Shown: piece after piece, positions 17,001 through 28,621 of the stretch
How positions within the stretch are numbered: the stretch's first letter is position 1
Layout: every line of letters starts with the position of its first letter
Assembly (NCBI RefSeq): GCF_009914755.1
Contig: NC_060942.1
Source: the human T2T-CHM13v2.0 reference genome, Homo sapiens
DNA length: 64,000 nucleotides
Direction: 5' to 3' (one strand)
The notes under the pieces: generated by a model
What the model was told of the DNA's origin: nothing
Seen by the model: the letters and a program-made list of their open reading frames with translations, nothing else
Database searches by the model: none
Program-made: the position numbers and the translations under genes

Positions 17001-18263
17001 TTGGGTTAGCTACAATATATCCAGAAATGAAAGATTGTTCGTCTAGTAAGCTTTGAATACAGAGTGATCTGATGTCCTCACCCTTTTATTCTGCAACCAT
17101 GTTGTACCTTGTCTGTCATGCATTTTAATTCACTCAAATATCATTACACTTGCAGTAAAGATTATCAACAAATGTCACGAGAAGTGAGAGAGCAGAGATT
17201 GGGACAGGGCCTTTACACCTTCTAGAGTGAACACAGCTTAATAATCAACAAAAAGCCAGGACTCAACTAGCTAAGTTCTTGTTATCAAAAATATGTCTCA
17301 GCTAATGTTTAAATATAGATAACCAAAGTTACAAACAAAATCCCCAGTTTTGCCAATAAATTTTTTAAAAATAAGCAAAGTGGTAAAGGGGTTAAAAGCT
17401 TAGATCGTAAAACTGGTGTGGTGCATTTGAGGGTGTGCACTGAAAACAGATCAACCGTTTGATACCCGAATACAGATCTCCTTTTTGTTTGTGATTTTTG
17501 TATGATGATAACTTTGCCTCTGCCTCTACAAGATTTTACGAGTCTGCTTGTCTTGAATCTCAATAGGTGCCCTTATGATTTGGGAAGGATTTCTGAATAT
17601 TCTTTTCAAATTTCTGGGCTTTAGTCCCACATTACCTTGGGCATTGAGGAGGAAGAAATACCATGAAATGAAGTTAGAATTGAAACTTGGGTATTTGTGA
17701 TATAAATGGAAGGAAGTAACTGATGAGCAGTGACACTTGCTAATGCTCTTTTGCCAAGGTAGTCTATGCATAAGGGATTGCTCATAAAAGAACTTGTTAT
17801 ATTTTCTCTCTTGAATGTGCATGACTGTGACATACTGTATTTTGCCATTGTTAAACTCAGTTTAATAGAATAAATATTCAAATAAGAATTGACTATACCA
17901 ATATTCCAGTAGAGAAGGAATAAGCTGATAGACGTGTCTTTGAGTTCTGTCAGGCAAGACTTAACCAAATCTTGACACACGGTTAAAATTGGTTGTTAAT
18001 GAAAGGTAACTAGATAAAATAGGTATATATTTGCTTAAGAACATTTTAAAAATATTTCTTTTTTTAGATTTGGAATTCACAATAGGTTTCTTCCGTTCCT
18101 CCTTTGTAAATTATGAAATATTTATTGTTTAGACTGAGTAATATGACATGAAACAACAAACCTGCACATTTCTAATTTATAACAAATCTGTTTCCTTAAT
18201 GGGTGGAAGGAAATCTGAGGACAGTTCTAAGGAGTCTTGTCTGCTTTCAGTGCGATCTTCTAG
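14100..18263 (-). other. AQP4: AQP4 long 3'UTR
   Basis: Repeat-poor AT-rich stretch after the stop, ending at an AATAAA; consistent with the known ~5 kb mRNA; end approximate. Confidence 0.7.
14120..14125 (-). terminator. Distal polyadenylation signal AATAAA
   Basis: tttatt on + strand; other candidates at 14335-14340 and 18121-18126 (proximal). Confidence 0.6.
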
Positions 18264-18266
18264 TCA
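18177..18266 (-). CDS. AQP4: AQP4ex stop-codon readthrough extension (29 aa: X-LEDRTESRQDSLELSSDFLPPIKETDLL*)
   Basis: Stop context TGA CTAG followed by 28 open codons to TAA at 18179-18177; known readthrough isoform. Confidence 0.9.
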
Positions 18267-18542
18267 TACTGAAGACAATACCTCTCCAGATTGGTCTTTC
18301 CCCTTCTTCTCCTCTCCCCGGTCAACGTCAATCACATGCACCACTCCAGGTTTTAGAATCAGGTCATCCGTCTCTACCTGACTCCTGTTGTCCTCCACCT
18401 CCATGTAGCTTCCTTTTGTTTGCTGGGCAGCTTTGCTGAAGGCTTCTTTAAAACGACGTTTGAATTCAACATCTGGACAGAAGACATACTCATAAAGGCC
18501 ACCAGCGAGGACAGCTCCTATGATGGGCCCAACCCAATATAT
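18264..18542 (-). CDS. AQP4: Aquaporin-4 coding exon 5, ending in PDZ-binding SSV then TGA
   Basis: ccttag|ATA; IYWVGPIIGAVLAGGLYEYVFCPD...GEVLSSV*; exons total 32+415+165+81+279=972 nt = 323 aa + stop. Confidence 0.98.
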   Translation of the reverse strand: MYWVGPIIGAVLAGGLYEYVFCPDVEFKRRFKEAFSKAAQQTKGSYMEVEDNRSQVETDDLILKPGVVHVIDVDRGEEKKGKDQSGEVLSSV

Positions 18543-19375
18543 CTAAGGAAAAGATGGAAGAGGATAGAGTGTAAGTAGAGAAAAGCTATTCCATTGAGCA
18601 GCTCATGAATGTAGAATCTAGCTGGGTTAAATTAAGAGTGTATTTGTGTCATGCATCAAAAAGAGGGGAATTGGAGAGGAAATAAGAAAACACACCAAAG
18701 CCTCATCAGAGATCCATAAATTATTAAACTGCATTTGAACAGAAAACAAAAAGAACTGTTTCATCTCCTATCCTCTTTTCATTAATTATGTTCTTTCCAT
18801 CTTATGATAATCGTTAATGTAAAGATAGATCCTCTTTGGTGGTACTACAAATTAAGCGCACTAAGAATTCTTTAACTAAAATAAAAAAAAAATTTCTGGA
18901 GAGTCCTTCTCTTATTTTCTCAATATTGCCATTTTACACTGGTTTCCTGCACAATCATGATCATAACACAGTTTTTATCTTTTGGGGATTCCGTTATTCA
19001 GGTAAGCATGATCAAAACCAACCCAGCTCCACCACTTAGCAGAGTTATGAGTGCTTGTATCAGTTACGTAACTTTCCAAGTCTTAATTTCCTCATCTGTA
19101 AAGTGGGGATTATAATAATACAAACCTCACGGGGTAAAAGGATTAAATGCAACAATACTTGTAAAGTACTTGATAGTTTTTAGCTCGTAGTAATCTGCTC
19201 CATTCCAGGCTTCCAAAATTTGGTGATTTGATTTAAATGAAAACCTCGTGTTCATTACTGTGCAGATAGCTTTCATCTATGCGGTTCTCACGATGGCTTG
19301 GTGAAAAAATATGAGTTTATGGCTAGTTGAGAAGTAGCAATTCCATAGGATTTCAATAAATGGAAATTATTATTA

Positions 19376-19714
<339 letters not shown>

Positions 19715-20041
19715 TAAAGTTTTGAGTTTGAATGAAGTGCAGACATTTGCTTTAGAGCACATGTGTGCTGTAGAATATTAGACATTTATTTAACAGACGC
19801 ACTTGGGCAACAGAAACCCTGCTTGTTGAGCACTGTCCCCGGGCCAGCCGTACTTGGCACTTTTCTTGTATAATCTCATTTAATTCTAACAATAACCAAT
19901 GAGATAAATATTATTATTCTTCCCATTTTATGAAAAGAAGAGTGACACTCTGAGAGGGTAATAAGCTTGCTTAAGATTTTGTGCTTATCAAATGGTTGAG
20001 CTGAGATTTCAGACCTGTCTGACTTCAAACCTCTCATTTGA

Positions 20042-20353
20042 GGCTGGGCACAGTGGCTCACACCTGTAATCCCAGCACTTTAAGAGGCCAAGGTGGGTGG
20101 ATTGCTTGAGCCCAGGAGTTCGATTCAGCCTGAGCAACATGGTGAAACCCTGTCTCTACAAAATACAAAAAAAAATTAGCTGGGCTTGGTGGTGTGCACC
20201 TGTAGTCCCAGCTACTTGGGAGGCTGAGATAGGAGGATCACTTGAGCCCAGGGAGGTCTCGGCTGCAGTGAGCCATGATCGTGACACTCTACTCCAGCCT
20301 GGGCAACAGAGTAAGACCCTGTCTCAAAAAAAAGAAAAAAACAAACAAACAAA
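20042..20353 (+). mobile_element. AluJ within MIR, AQP4 intron 4
   Basis: ttgcttgagcccaggagttc J signature. Confidence 0.85.
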
Positions 20354-21290
20354 ATGAAAACCTCTCTTTTGAAACACTGTTCCAAACACTGCAGTATACT
20401 GTTTTCCACTGTACTACACACTCATTTGAAAAAAAACATGATGGATGCTTTTTGTTTAAAACACCCTCTGCAAATTAATCTCAGTTTGCATCCTCATTGT
20501 AAGATTTAAATAAAATTCAAAATTTAAGCTGAGGCTGAAGACATAACATTTACGGGGAAACTGTTGCTAGTGTGGCTGGAAGAATCAAGTTCCTCTCTTG
20601 AACATGAAAAAACCCATATGAGCCTTTATCTTCTCTATGCCCTTTTAAAGGAGAAATGAGAGCCCTCCTCTAAATGTCTTTGCTCTTTGTTAGTAAGGTC
20701 TCATTAGACATGTACTATTCCACAGGCTACAAATCCCACAAGGGAGACTAGAACAGCAAAATAATTACTACCCTTTCCAAAACATCTGTGAATAAGATAC
20801 CCAGCTGCATGTTCTCAAAAATAAACAAATCTCAGTGTCAAGTTGCTATTTCAAAATGAAGTCATATGTACTTTAAAGTAAAGAATCTTTATTGCTAAAA
20901 ATCTAGAAAATGTGTAAAAGTATAAAGAAAACTAAAATAATATCATTACACTATACAAAAAACCCAATTAATATTTTAATGTTATTCCTAATCTTTCTAC
21001 CTACAAATATACTTTAAATTAGTTCTAAATTTCATACAACCATTGCTATTTTTAGTAGAATTAAGATTGGTATAATATAACATGGGGCAACTTTTAGTTT
21101 AATCAACAAGCTAAGAATGTTCCTACTATTTAAATCTTAACTAGTTTACTGCAACTGACAAGTAATTAGTAAAATATATTTTTTCATCTACATTTTCAAG
21201 TGCTTATAAATTTAACTAAAAGTTGTTAATGACAAAATAGTTTCAATTTAATATGTTGAACTGAAAGTTGTATTTTCATTGTAAGATCAG

Positions 21291-21591
<301 letters not shown>

Positions 21592-22824
21592 TCATATACT
21601 ACTCACTAAAAATTTCCATTTCTGTTAATGTGGTAACAGTTTTTGAGACATAAATGGAGGTATCAGTGACAAAATGACTAATCTCATGGATGGCATTTTT
21701 GGCTAAGTCTTGGTTTGAACGCTGACTCTTATTCTGTTATTTAATGCTGTAGATTACTTTTAAAGATTTGGTATACTTTTCTTAGAAGTGAATGCACATA
21801 GCAGCGGTGCATTTTCTTGTCATTTGCAGTGTACACCATAGATGAATGGCTGTGACTAGGTTGGTAATCACTGTCTGAATAAACACAAGGGGCATATTCT
21901 GTTATATTCATGAATTTTTTAAAGTTGTAAGTGACATTTGCAATATATAAATTATAATAAAAGCTAGCGCTCTTTGAAGCTGGCTTACAGGTCTCATATT
22001 TTTATTGGCTATTGTAAGTTAGCATGTTGGTGGCCTTCACAACTGCTGCATTACTTATTTAATTTTAAAGGATTTAAATTCCTTTGCTGTGAGAAACAAC
22101 TGAAACAAAATTAATTATAATATTTTAAAATGGACACTGCTATTCTCTGGAAGCACTGCCACTACATTAATAAATATTTATTTATAATAGTTTAGGTTTG
22201 AGACTGAAAAGTGAGCCTTTTCTGTGAGTCATTTATTTTTCCGGTAACAGTTATGGTGATAATAACATAAACCTTTGCACTATTTATTCGACACCATCTG
22301 CAGTTCAAATACTTGCAACTTACATACTATTAATTGAGTTCATGCATTTGTAAACAAAAAAAGGGTAAATATCTTTGCTATGGGCAGCGCTTTTAAGTAT
22401 TTCATTCTTTCTCTTTTTTTTGCAATTTTTTTCCATTATAGCTGGGAAGACTTTACTTTCAATTATTTAAACACCATATTCACTACACCATGCTGACTTT
22501 AACTTGTTCCACATAGGCAACCTCTATATACAGTGTATTCTGCTGCAATCTGTTAGATACAGTGTCTAAAATAGTGCTTCAAAAAAGGAAAAGACTATTA
22601 TTGGAGGCCTAGAACCTTCAGTTAGAGATGTTTTACATCTCTTATCTTTTTACAGCAGATCTGTGCTATTCTTTCCCTAGTCTTTATGAAAGATGTAATA
22701 AAGTGAGGGTCAAGGTTGGAGAAATGCAAGAGAAAGTAGTAGGCAAAATAATGAAAAATAAAAGAGCCCCACAGGTAATTGTCCTCAACTGTAGGAAGAT
22801 GGGAACTATCAATATGAGGGTTAC

Positions 22825-22905
22825 CCAATGGTTTTCCCAATTTCCCATGATAACTGCAGGTCCAAAGGATCGGGCGGGATTCATGCTGGCACCAGTATAA
22901 TTGAT
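22825..22905 (-). CDS. AQP4: Aquaporin-4 coding exon 4 (81 nt; second NPA motif)
   Basis: tatag|ATC; [27 protein letters not shown]|gtaacc. Confidence 0.98.
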
Positions 22906-23183
22906 CTATAGGAAACAAGAAAACAACTTCAGACATTGCTGAAACAGGGCTACTAGCAAGTATCATTCATTGCAATTTGCTGTCATTTGTCACTTAGAGG
23001 AACCTCAAGATATTAGCAGCTATATCAACATTCTCATTGAGCAGTTGGAAAAATTATAACCTAAAATGGACAGTCATGGCTGGATACTAAAGAGCTACTG
23101 CTGTAAAACACAACATCTTCAGGCCAGCTAGAGTGAGGATAAATGAGGTGGGATTGATTATTTAAATGGACTTGGAAACTTAC

Positions 23184-23348
23184 TGCAAATAAATGTCCAA
23201 TTGCAACAGAAAATCCAATTGCTAAAGCTATTGAGCCAGTGACATCAGTCCGTTTGGAATCACAGCTGGCAAAGATAGTAAACACCAATTGAAATGTGAT
23301 TATCAACTCAACCAGGAGACCATGACCAGCGGTAAGATTTCCATGAAC
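23184..23348 (-). CDS. AQP4: Aquaporin-4 coding exon 3 (165 nt)
   Basis: ctctag|GTTCAT; VHGNLTAGHGLLVELIITFQLVFTIFASCDSKRTDVTGSIALAIGFSVAIGHLFA|gtaagt. Confidence 0.98.
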
Positions 23349-24234
23349 CTAGAGAAAGAAAAATATTCCATCAGAATTGAAGCAAGAGTATTTTCGATGA
23401 CAATGTATTAATATCATTGTGAAAGGCACATTTTATCTGTGTAAAAAGTAAAGGTAAGTCTTCTACCCCACCTTCAACTGAGAATTTCCTTCTCTCACCC
23501 CCCAAAAAGAAGGAATAAATTTATATTCATTTTGGGTCATCACAGATGACTGTGATTACTCTTACAACGACCAAACAGGAGTTTGTGCTGAATGTCCTTT
23601 TCTACAAAGGAAGCAAAATGTGCCACTGCAGCACTTAACTCGTAAAAGAATTTCTTGAGAGCCTTGTGATTTTATAAGGCAATGATTAAATCCATTAATT
23701 AGGTTTAAATTAATTAATATATATTTCAATTAAAATTTAAGCCATGTGTGTTTTTTTTTAATCAGCCCTGGTGCTGAGTTAACAATTGATACTCCTAATC
23801 AGCTAAGAACAAAACTAGGATCGGATGTCTATTTTTTTAAGCATAACCCTTTATGTAGATCATTGTACATCTTATGAACATGACAAGAAAATAGTTTTTT
23901 TCTGCTAGTGAACAAATAACTGTAAGGAAAATGCATTAAGCTAAATATAAAGTCAATATAGTAATTGGAATGGGAGAAGGGGAGGAAAAAACCAACACAA
24001 TTTTCGGGCCACCTAGATTTTGTTATTTTTAAGGCACTCAAGAGCAAACAATGATTTCTTACAGATATACCTAAATACTGCCAGAATCAGTTTTCACACT
24101 ATTAAGAATCATCAAAAATTCCCTAGGAGTAAATTAGCTATTTTAGGGATGTGCCTCATGCCACCAAGGCATTATTTAGCAAAGAGTTTGCAAGAAGCTT
24201 GGAGTCCTAGTTTGAAAATAGCTAAAGATGCTAC

Positions 24235-24649
24235 CATGGTGACTCCCAGGCCTCCCACCACACTGGGAGGTGTGACCAGATAGAGGATTCCTGCTCCAAT
24301 GATGGCCCCCAGGCACTGGGCTGCGATGTAGAAGACAGACTTGGCGATGCTGATCTTCCTGGTGCACACCATGGCCACAGTCACTGCAGGGTTGATGTGG
24401 CCACCGCTGATATGGCCAAAGCACTGCACCATGGTTGCAATGCTGAGTCCAAAGCAAAGGGAGATGAGAACCATGTCGACCGGTAAAGGCTTTTCTGTTC
24501 CACCCCAGTTGATGGTGGATCCCAGGCTGAGGAGAACAAAAATAAGCATGGCCAGAAATTCCGCTGTGACTGCTTTCCAGAAAGCTTGAGTCCAGACCCC
24601 TTTGAAAGCCACCATGATGTTCTCTCTGGTACACAAAGGTCCACACTTA
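24235..24649 (-). CDS. AQP4: Aquaporin-4 coding exon 2 (415 nt; contains M23 ATG at 24615 and first NPA motif)
   Basis: ttttcag|TAAG acceptor; KCGPLCTRENIMVAFKGVWTQAFWKAV...SGGHINPAVT...GLGVTM|gtagca; MIP family signature. Confidence 0.99.
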
Positions 24650-25229
24650 CTGAAAAGAGAAACAAATCAGCATCAGAAGCCACTACACCCAGGTTTATGA
24701 ATTTAGGTGAAGGGAACAAGGCCTGCCATCTTCGGGTACTGTGGGCAGGGGCTGCCAGGCGTGATTTGCACACCAAGAAAGAATGCTTCTGCTAAAGCTC
24801 CTTCATGAATAGTCAAGAGACTGTTATTCTAGTCTCCTTTCATTTAATATTCAAAGATCATCCAGTTTCACGGAAAATTATCCAAACTGTCCCTAGAAAG
24901 GAAAAATGTCTAAATCAAATTCCTTAAAATATTAAGAATAAAATATATTTACCTTGTACTTAATTCCCTTAGAGCAAGTTTTTAAGTTTCGAGTACATTT
25001 TATATGCTACTTACATTTCGAACATAAAGCATTAAAACAAGGTGTGCGTGGGGGGGGGGGGGTCGTCTTTTCTAGCTTTGCATTTGATTGCTTTGAAATG
25101 GCATTCTGAAAATCTCCCCCTCCCCCCAGACTCTGGATTAGGGGGAAGCCTTCTAGGAAACCAGGGTGCTGAAGGCTGTCTTTTGAGAAAGTGAACTCAT
25201 TGAGGGGAGAGGAGCTTCTGGTGACTAGC

Positions 25230-25630
25230 AAGGGCGATGGGAACAGGCAGGGCCTCAGCTGGGACAGCGACACTCCCTCCCTCTCCTTTGCGCCAGGAAC
25301 GAGCAGGCTGCCAGCGGGAGGAGTCCGGGAGCTGAGCCTGCCCAAGGGACACGCGCACCGCCCAGATCTGGGAGCGCGGCACGGGGACGTGTAAACCTCC
25401 GTCCCCAGGGAGCCTGGAGCACCTCTCAGAGGGCGGAGCAGCGGCCATTCCCGGCCCGTGGCAGGCTCCCGGGCGGCGGCCAGGTGCACACGCAGAAGCG
25501 GCCCCGCGAGCTCGCCCGCCTGCCCGCCGGCCCGGTGCATCCTGGCCGCTGGAGGTGGGGAGAGATGGGAGTGGGGGATGCTTTTAGGGGAGGAAGGACA
25601 GCCTCTCCTCGTGCCCGACCCTCTCTCACC
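25230..25630. promoter_or_regulatory. CpG island in AQP4 intron 1 (probable alternative promoter)
   Basis: Very GC/CpG-rich (cgcgagctcgcccgcctgcccgccggcccgg), GC boxes, flanked by poly-G runs. Confidence 0.75.
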
Positions 25631-27319
25631 CCTTGACCCTGACCGTACAATGCAGATAAACCTGCCAAAGGGAGCCTGGAGGCTGGGGTGTGCCAGCAAT
25701 GCCCCGGTACCTTTCCTGCCTTCATGGTGCAGAGCTCGGGAAGTCAGGAAAAGCGGGTGTGGTTAGGGAAACTGTGGGCCCCTGAGCAGAAGGCTCTATG
25801 GAAAACGGCTTTTCTCTACGGTCTTTTTGATGGCTTTCTGTTACATGGGCCTATAGGACAGTGTGTCTCACCTTGTGGAGCTTCTCTGGGGAGGGTGGTG
25901 GGCAGGGAGTCTGGGAGAGGGAGGACGCCTTCTCCTCCCGTCTATATCCCTCTTGCTGTCATTAGATCTTTGGAGCAGAGAAGGGGTGGTTTGACGATAT
26001 TGATGCCAACTGCTCATTCTGGCAGGAAATGGCTAGGATTCCCCTTTTGGGGGGGGGGGCAATTACCCCAGTTACCCTATCATCTAAGACTTTTGCCCTT
26101 GTCCTTTGCCTGTGATAGTCATGAGAGCCAAGAAGTATGGAGAGTATTTACCAGAGAATCTAATTGCAGAGGACCACGTAAGGGGTTAGGCAAGAAAGCC
26201 AAGTACTTTAAGAGATTAGTATTATTGTGGCTTTCCCTTTGACAAATTGCGGGGCCCTCATTTCCCCATGTCACTGAATGTTCCCGGGAACCTGCTTTCT
26301 GCGTGGGTAGTGAGGAAATGCAGTGCCAAAAAGGGTGAGGGGAATTTCCAGCTCAGCCTAGCCCTTAGTTTGCTATGGGGCTTTGCTTTAGAGGTGGAGA
26401 GAGAAAAACCCTTTCTTGCCCAGGCCCGGGTGGCAGGATAAAGGAAGAGCTGGCTCCACAGGGGGGTGGCCAGCCACATCCCACGCATCCCCTGCCCCAG
26501 TGAAGCGAATCTCAGAAGTATGAAAAACCCCAGGTGGGATGACAACGACATCATACTCTCTAGAGGAAAAGAATGTAAAGAGACAAAAACGATGGTTGCA
26601 ATGGGGCAGGGAGGGCACCCTGGAGGAGACACTAAAAATATTCCCAAAGACGGTAAACTCAGAAAAGTCACATATTGAAGAAGTTAGGAGAGTCACTTCT
26701 GAACTCACCGGCAGCCCAGGGCTGTAGCCGGGATGGCAAAGGGGGCAAAATGCGATCATAGGTGCTGTCGTTTGTGGTCAGGGTTAGGGGAGAAGGAGGA
26801 GGACAAAACAGTAGGCTAAGGAAGCTAGGTGGGCAGGAAACGTCCTTTTCAGCCCCGCAGGAGACACCAGAAGAGGTGGGACCCAGAAAAGGCCAGCCCC
26901 GCTGCTCACCCCCTTCACCTCTCACTTCTGCCATTTCCGGAGTTCTCTCCCTGCTTGGCCTGTCATGCACCTGTTTACCTCTCCAGAGGTAGTTGCTCTT
27001 TCAGCTTCAAATATTCATCAACCAGAGAAATTTAAAACAGTGCAAAACACCAACACAAAACATAAACATGCTCTTTAAGAATGTTTTTAGCTTTTTTTTT
27101 TTTTTAAATCCACAAAAATCTGATCTTCTTCCAAGGCAGATGGACCAGCCTCACTTGGCTGTGAACCGTGAAGTTTGCTGGCAGCATATACATATCTCTG
27201 GCCTTATGAGGGCTCACCCTAGCGTCACCCATAGCACCCTGCTTTTATTGTCAGTGTTCCCTTATATGTTCACAGTCACTGGAAATGATCAACACAATTA
27301 GATTTGCTTCTTTTGCCCC

Positions 27320-27413
27320 AGAACAAAGCGGGTTTGTTGATGTACTGAATCGGACACATTACTTTCTAGCTGAACACTCAGCTTCATCCACTCCAGGACA
27401 GCTGAGCGTCTGG
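27320..27413 (+). ncRNA. AQP4-AS1: Probable first exon of antisense lncRNA AQP4-AS1
   Basis: Strong + strand donor TGG|GTGAGT at 27414; recalled head-to-head antisense lncRNA at this locus; start approximate. Confidence 0.4.
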
Positions 27414-27710
27414 GTGAGTAATTTTTCCGAAGAAATGTACTATAGCTAGATTCACCTCCATAGGGTAATTTTCCTGGGCTTTTGCAGATCTGAAACATAT
27501 GGAGGATTTGGCTAAAAAGCATCCCTTTTCTTCTACCTTCTCTATGCCTCTCTTCTGAAAATGCCCAGTACTCAGATCTAAAAGAACCACCCACCTGCCC
27601 TATAGCTGCCTTCCAGATTCTGCCTAAGAAGGCACAAACATCTATAATAAAAGAGACAGTTTCATCTTTTGGCCCTAAGCGTTGTTCCCTTAAGGCAAAG
27701 AAGGACTTAC

Positions 27711-27742
27711 CCCCACCGCCTTGCTGTGGGTCTGTCACTCAT
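27711..27742 (-). CDS. AQP4: Aquaporin-4 coding exon 1 (M1 start; MSDRPTARRWG)
   Basis: Reverse complement reads ATG AGT GAC AGA CCC ACA GCA AGG CGG TGG GG|gtaagt; matches the known AQP4 M1 N-terminus; canonical donor at 27710. Confidence 0.97.
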
Positions 27743-27771
27743 GCCTTCCCCAGCCAGAGTGCAGCTCTCAT
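27739..27771 (-). CDS. Out-of-frame uORF in AQP4 5'UTR (MRAALWLGKA*), stop overlapping M1 ATG (ATGA)
   Basis: ATG AGA GCT GCA CTC TGG CTG GGG AAG GCA TGA read directly; requires TSS upstream of 27771. Confidence 0.7.
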   Translation of the reverse strand: MRAALWLGKA

Positions 27772-27779
27772 TGCCTGCC

Positions 27780-27900
27780 CCGCAGCTCCCTGTGTGCTGG
27801 GAGTCAGATTACGGCCACTTGTCTGATTGGGTTTTTGGAGTGTTAGGGGTGGAAAGATTCTGCACCATGTGGCAATCGCTAAGTTATATTTGAACTTGAA
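27780..27900 (-). promoter_or_regulatory. AQP4 M1 proximal promoter region (CCAAT ~27825-27829, ATATAA ~27884-27889)
   Basis: Motifs seen just upstream of exon 1; TSS not determinable from sequence. Confidence 0.45.
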
Positions 27901-28446
27901 GTAGCTTTTCTGTACCTGATCACTGTAGACACAGGGCATTTCAGGAATGCAAAAACATTTACTTAATTTTTTTTTTTTTGAGACAGTAATTTTTGAAAAT
28001 GAGGATTTCCTTAAATCTTTATTTGAATTCTTTCTACCATGAAGAATTGTTCAGAATTTGTCTTGTTTGGTTATATGTTGTAGTTGAAATTGGGCAATTA
28101 TTAGAAAATGAATTTGTATAATCCAGCAGTTAACATGAATTTAGATAGAGACTTCAGTGCATTTAGTTTTTAGCCAATGAATTCTGTTTGAAGTTTTTGA
28201 TCTGAGAAGAAGCATTATAAGAACAATATATAACTGCAGCTCCATTTATAGCACAGGCAGCACTGATTTGGACAATAAAAATAAGGAAACATAGGAAATA
28301 CAGGAAAAAAGACTGCTCTAGGGTGCTCACCTGACTGTTACATTAATAATCTGGGGATAAGAAGTAGCAAACTTAAAAAATATCAAAGTTGGATGGGGAC
28401 GAAATTATGGGGAACTGTAGGTAAATTTAACCTCTGGAAACTTAGG

Positions 28447-28621
28447 GACAGGACTGATTTTATAATTTACTGGTCCCAGTGCAAAATGAATGCAGGACAC
28501 CTTGGTAAAACACTATTTAAATTTCAAGATTGCGACAGCAGAGCATAAATAAAGGCTGGGTGCTCCTAAGGGCAGGACCTTGTGCAGCTGCGCAGGCTGC
28601 ATGCTTATGAAGACGTCCCTG
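28447..28621 (-). mobile_element. MER91-like hAT MITE
   Basis: tttcaagattgcgacagcagagcat...tgtgcagctgcgcaggctgcatgcttatgaag...ccctg. Confidence 0.6.

Noticed and set aside
24172-24234. ORF continuation past exon 2 (VASLAIFKLG...) and similar run-ons after exons 3 and 4
   Set aside because: Intronic read-through beyond canonical GT donors
25007-26992. Long overlapping ORFs (230 aa, 184 aa, 137 aa)
   Set aside because: GC-rich intron with few stops; no recognisable protein; many begin at non-ATG codons
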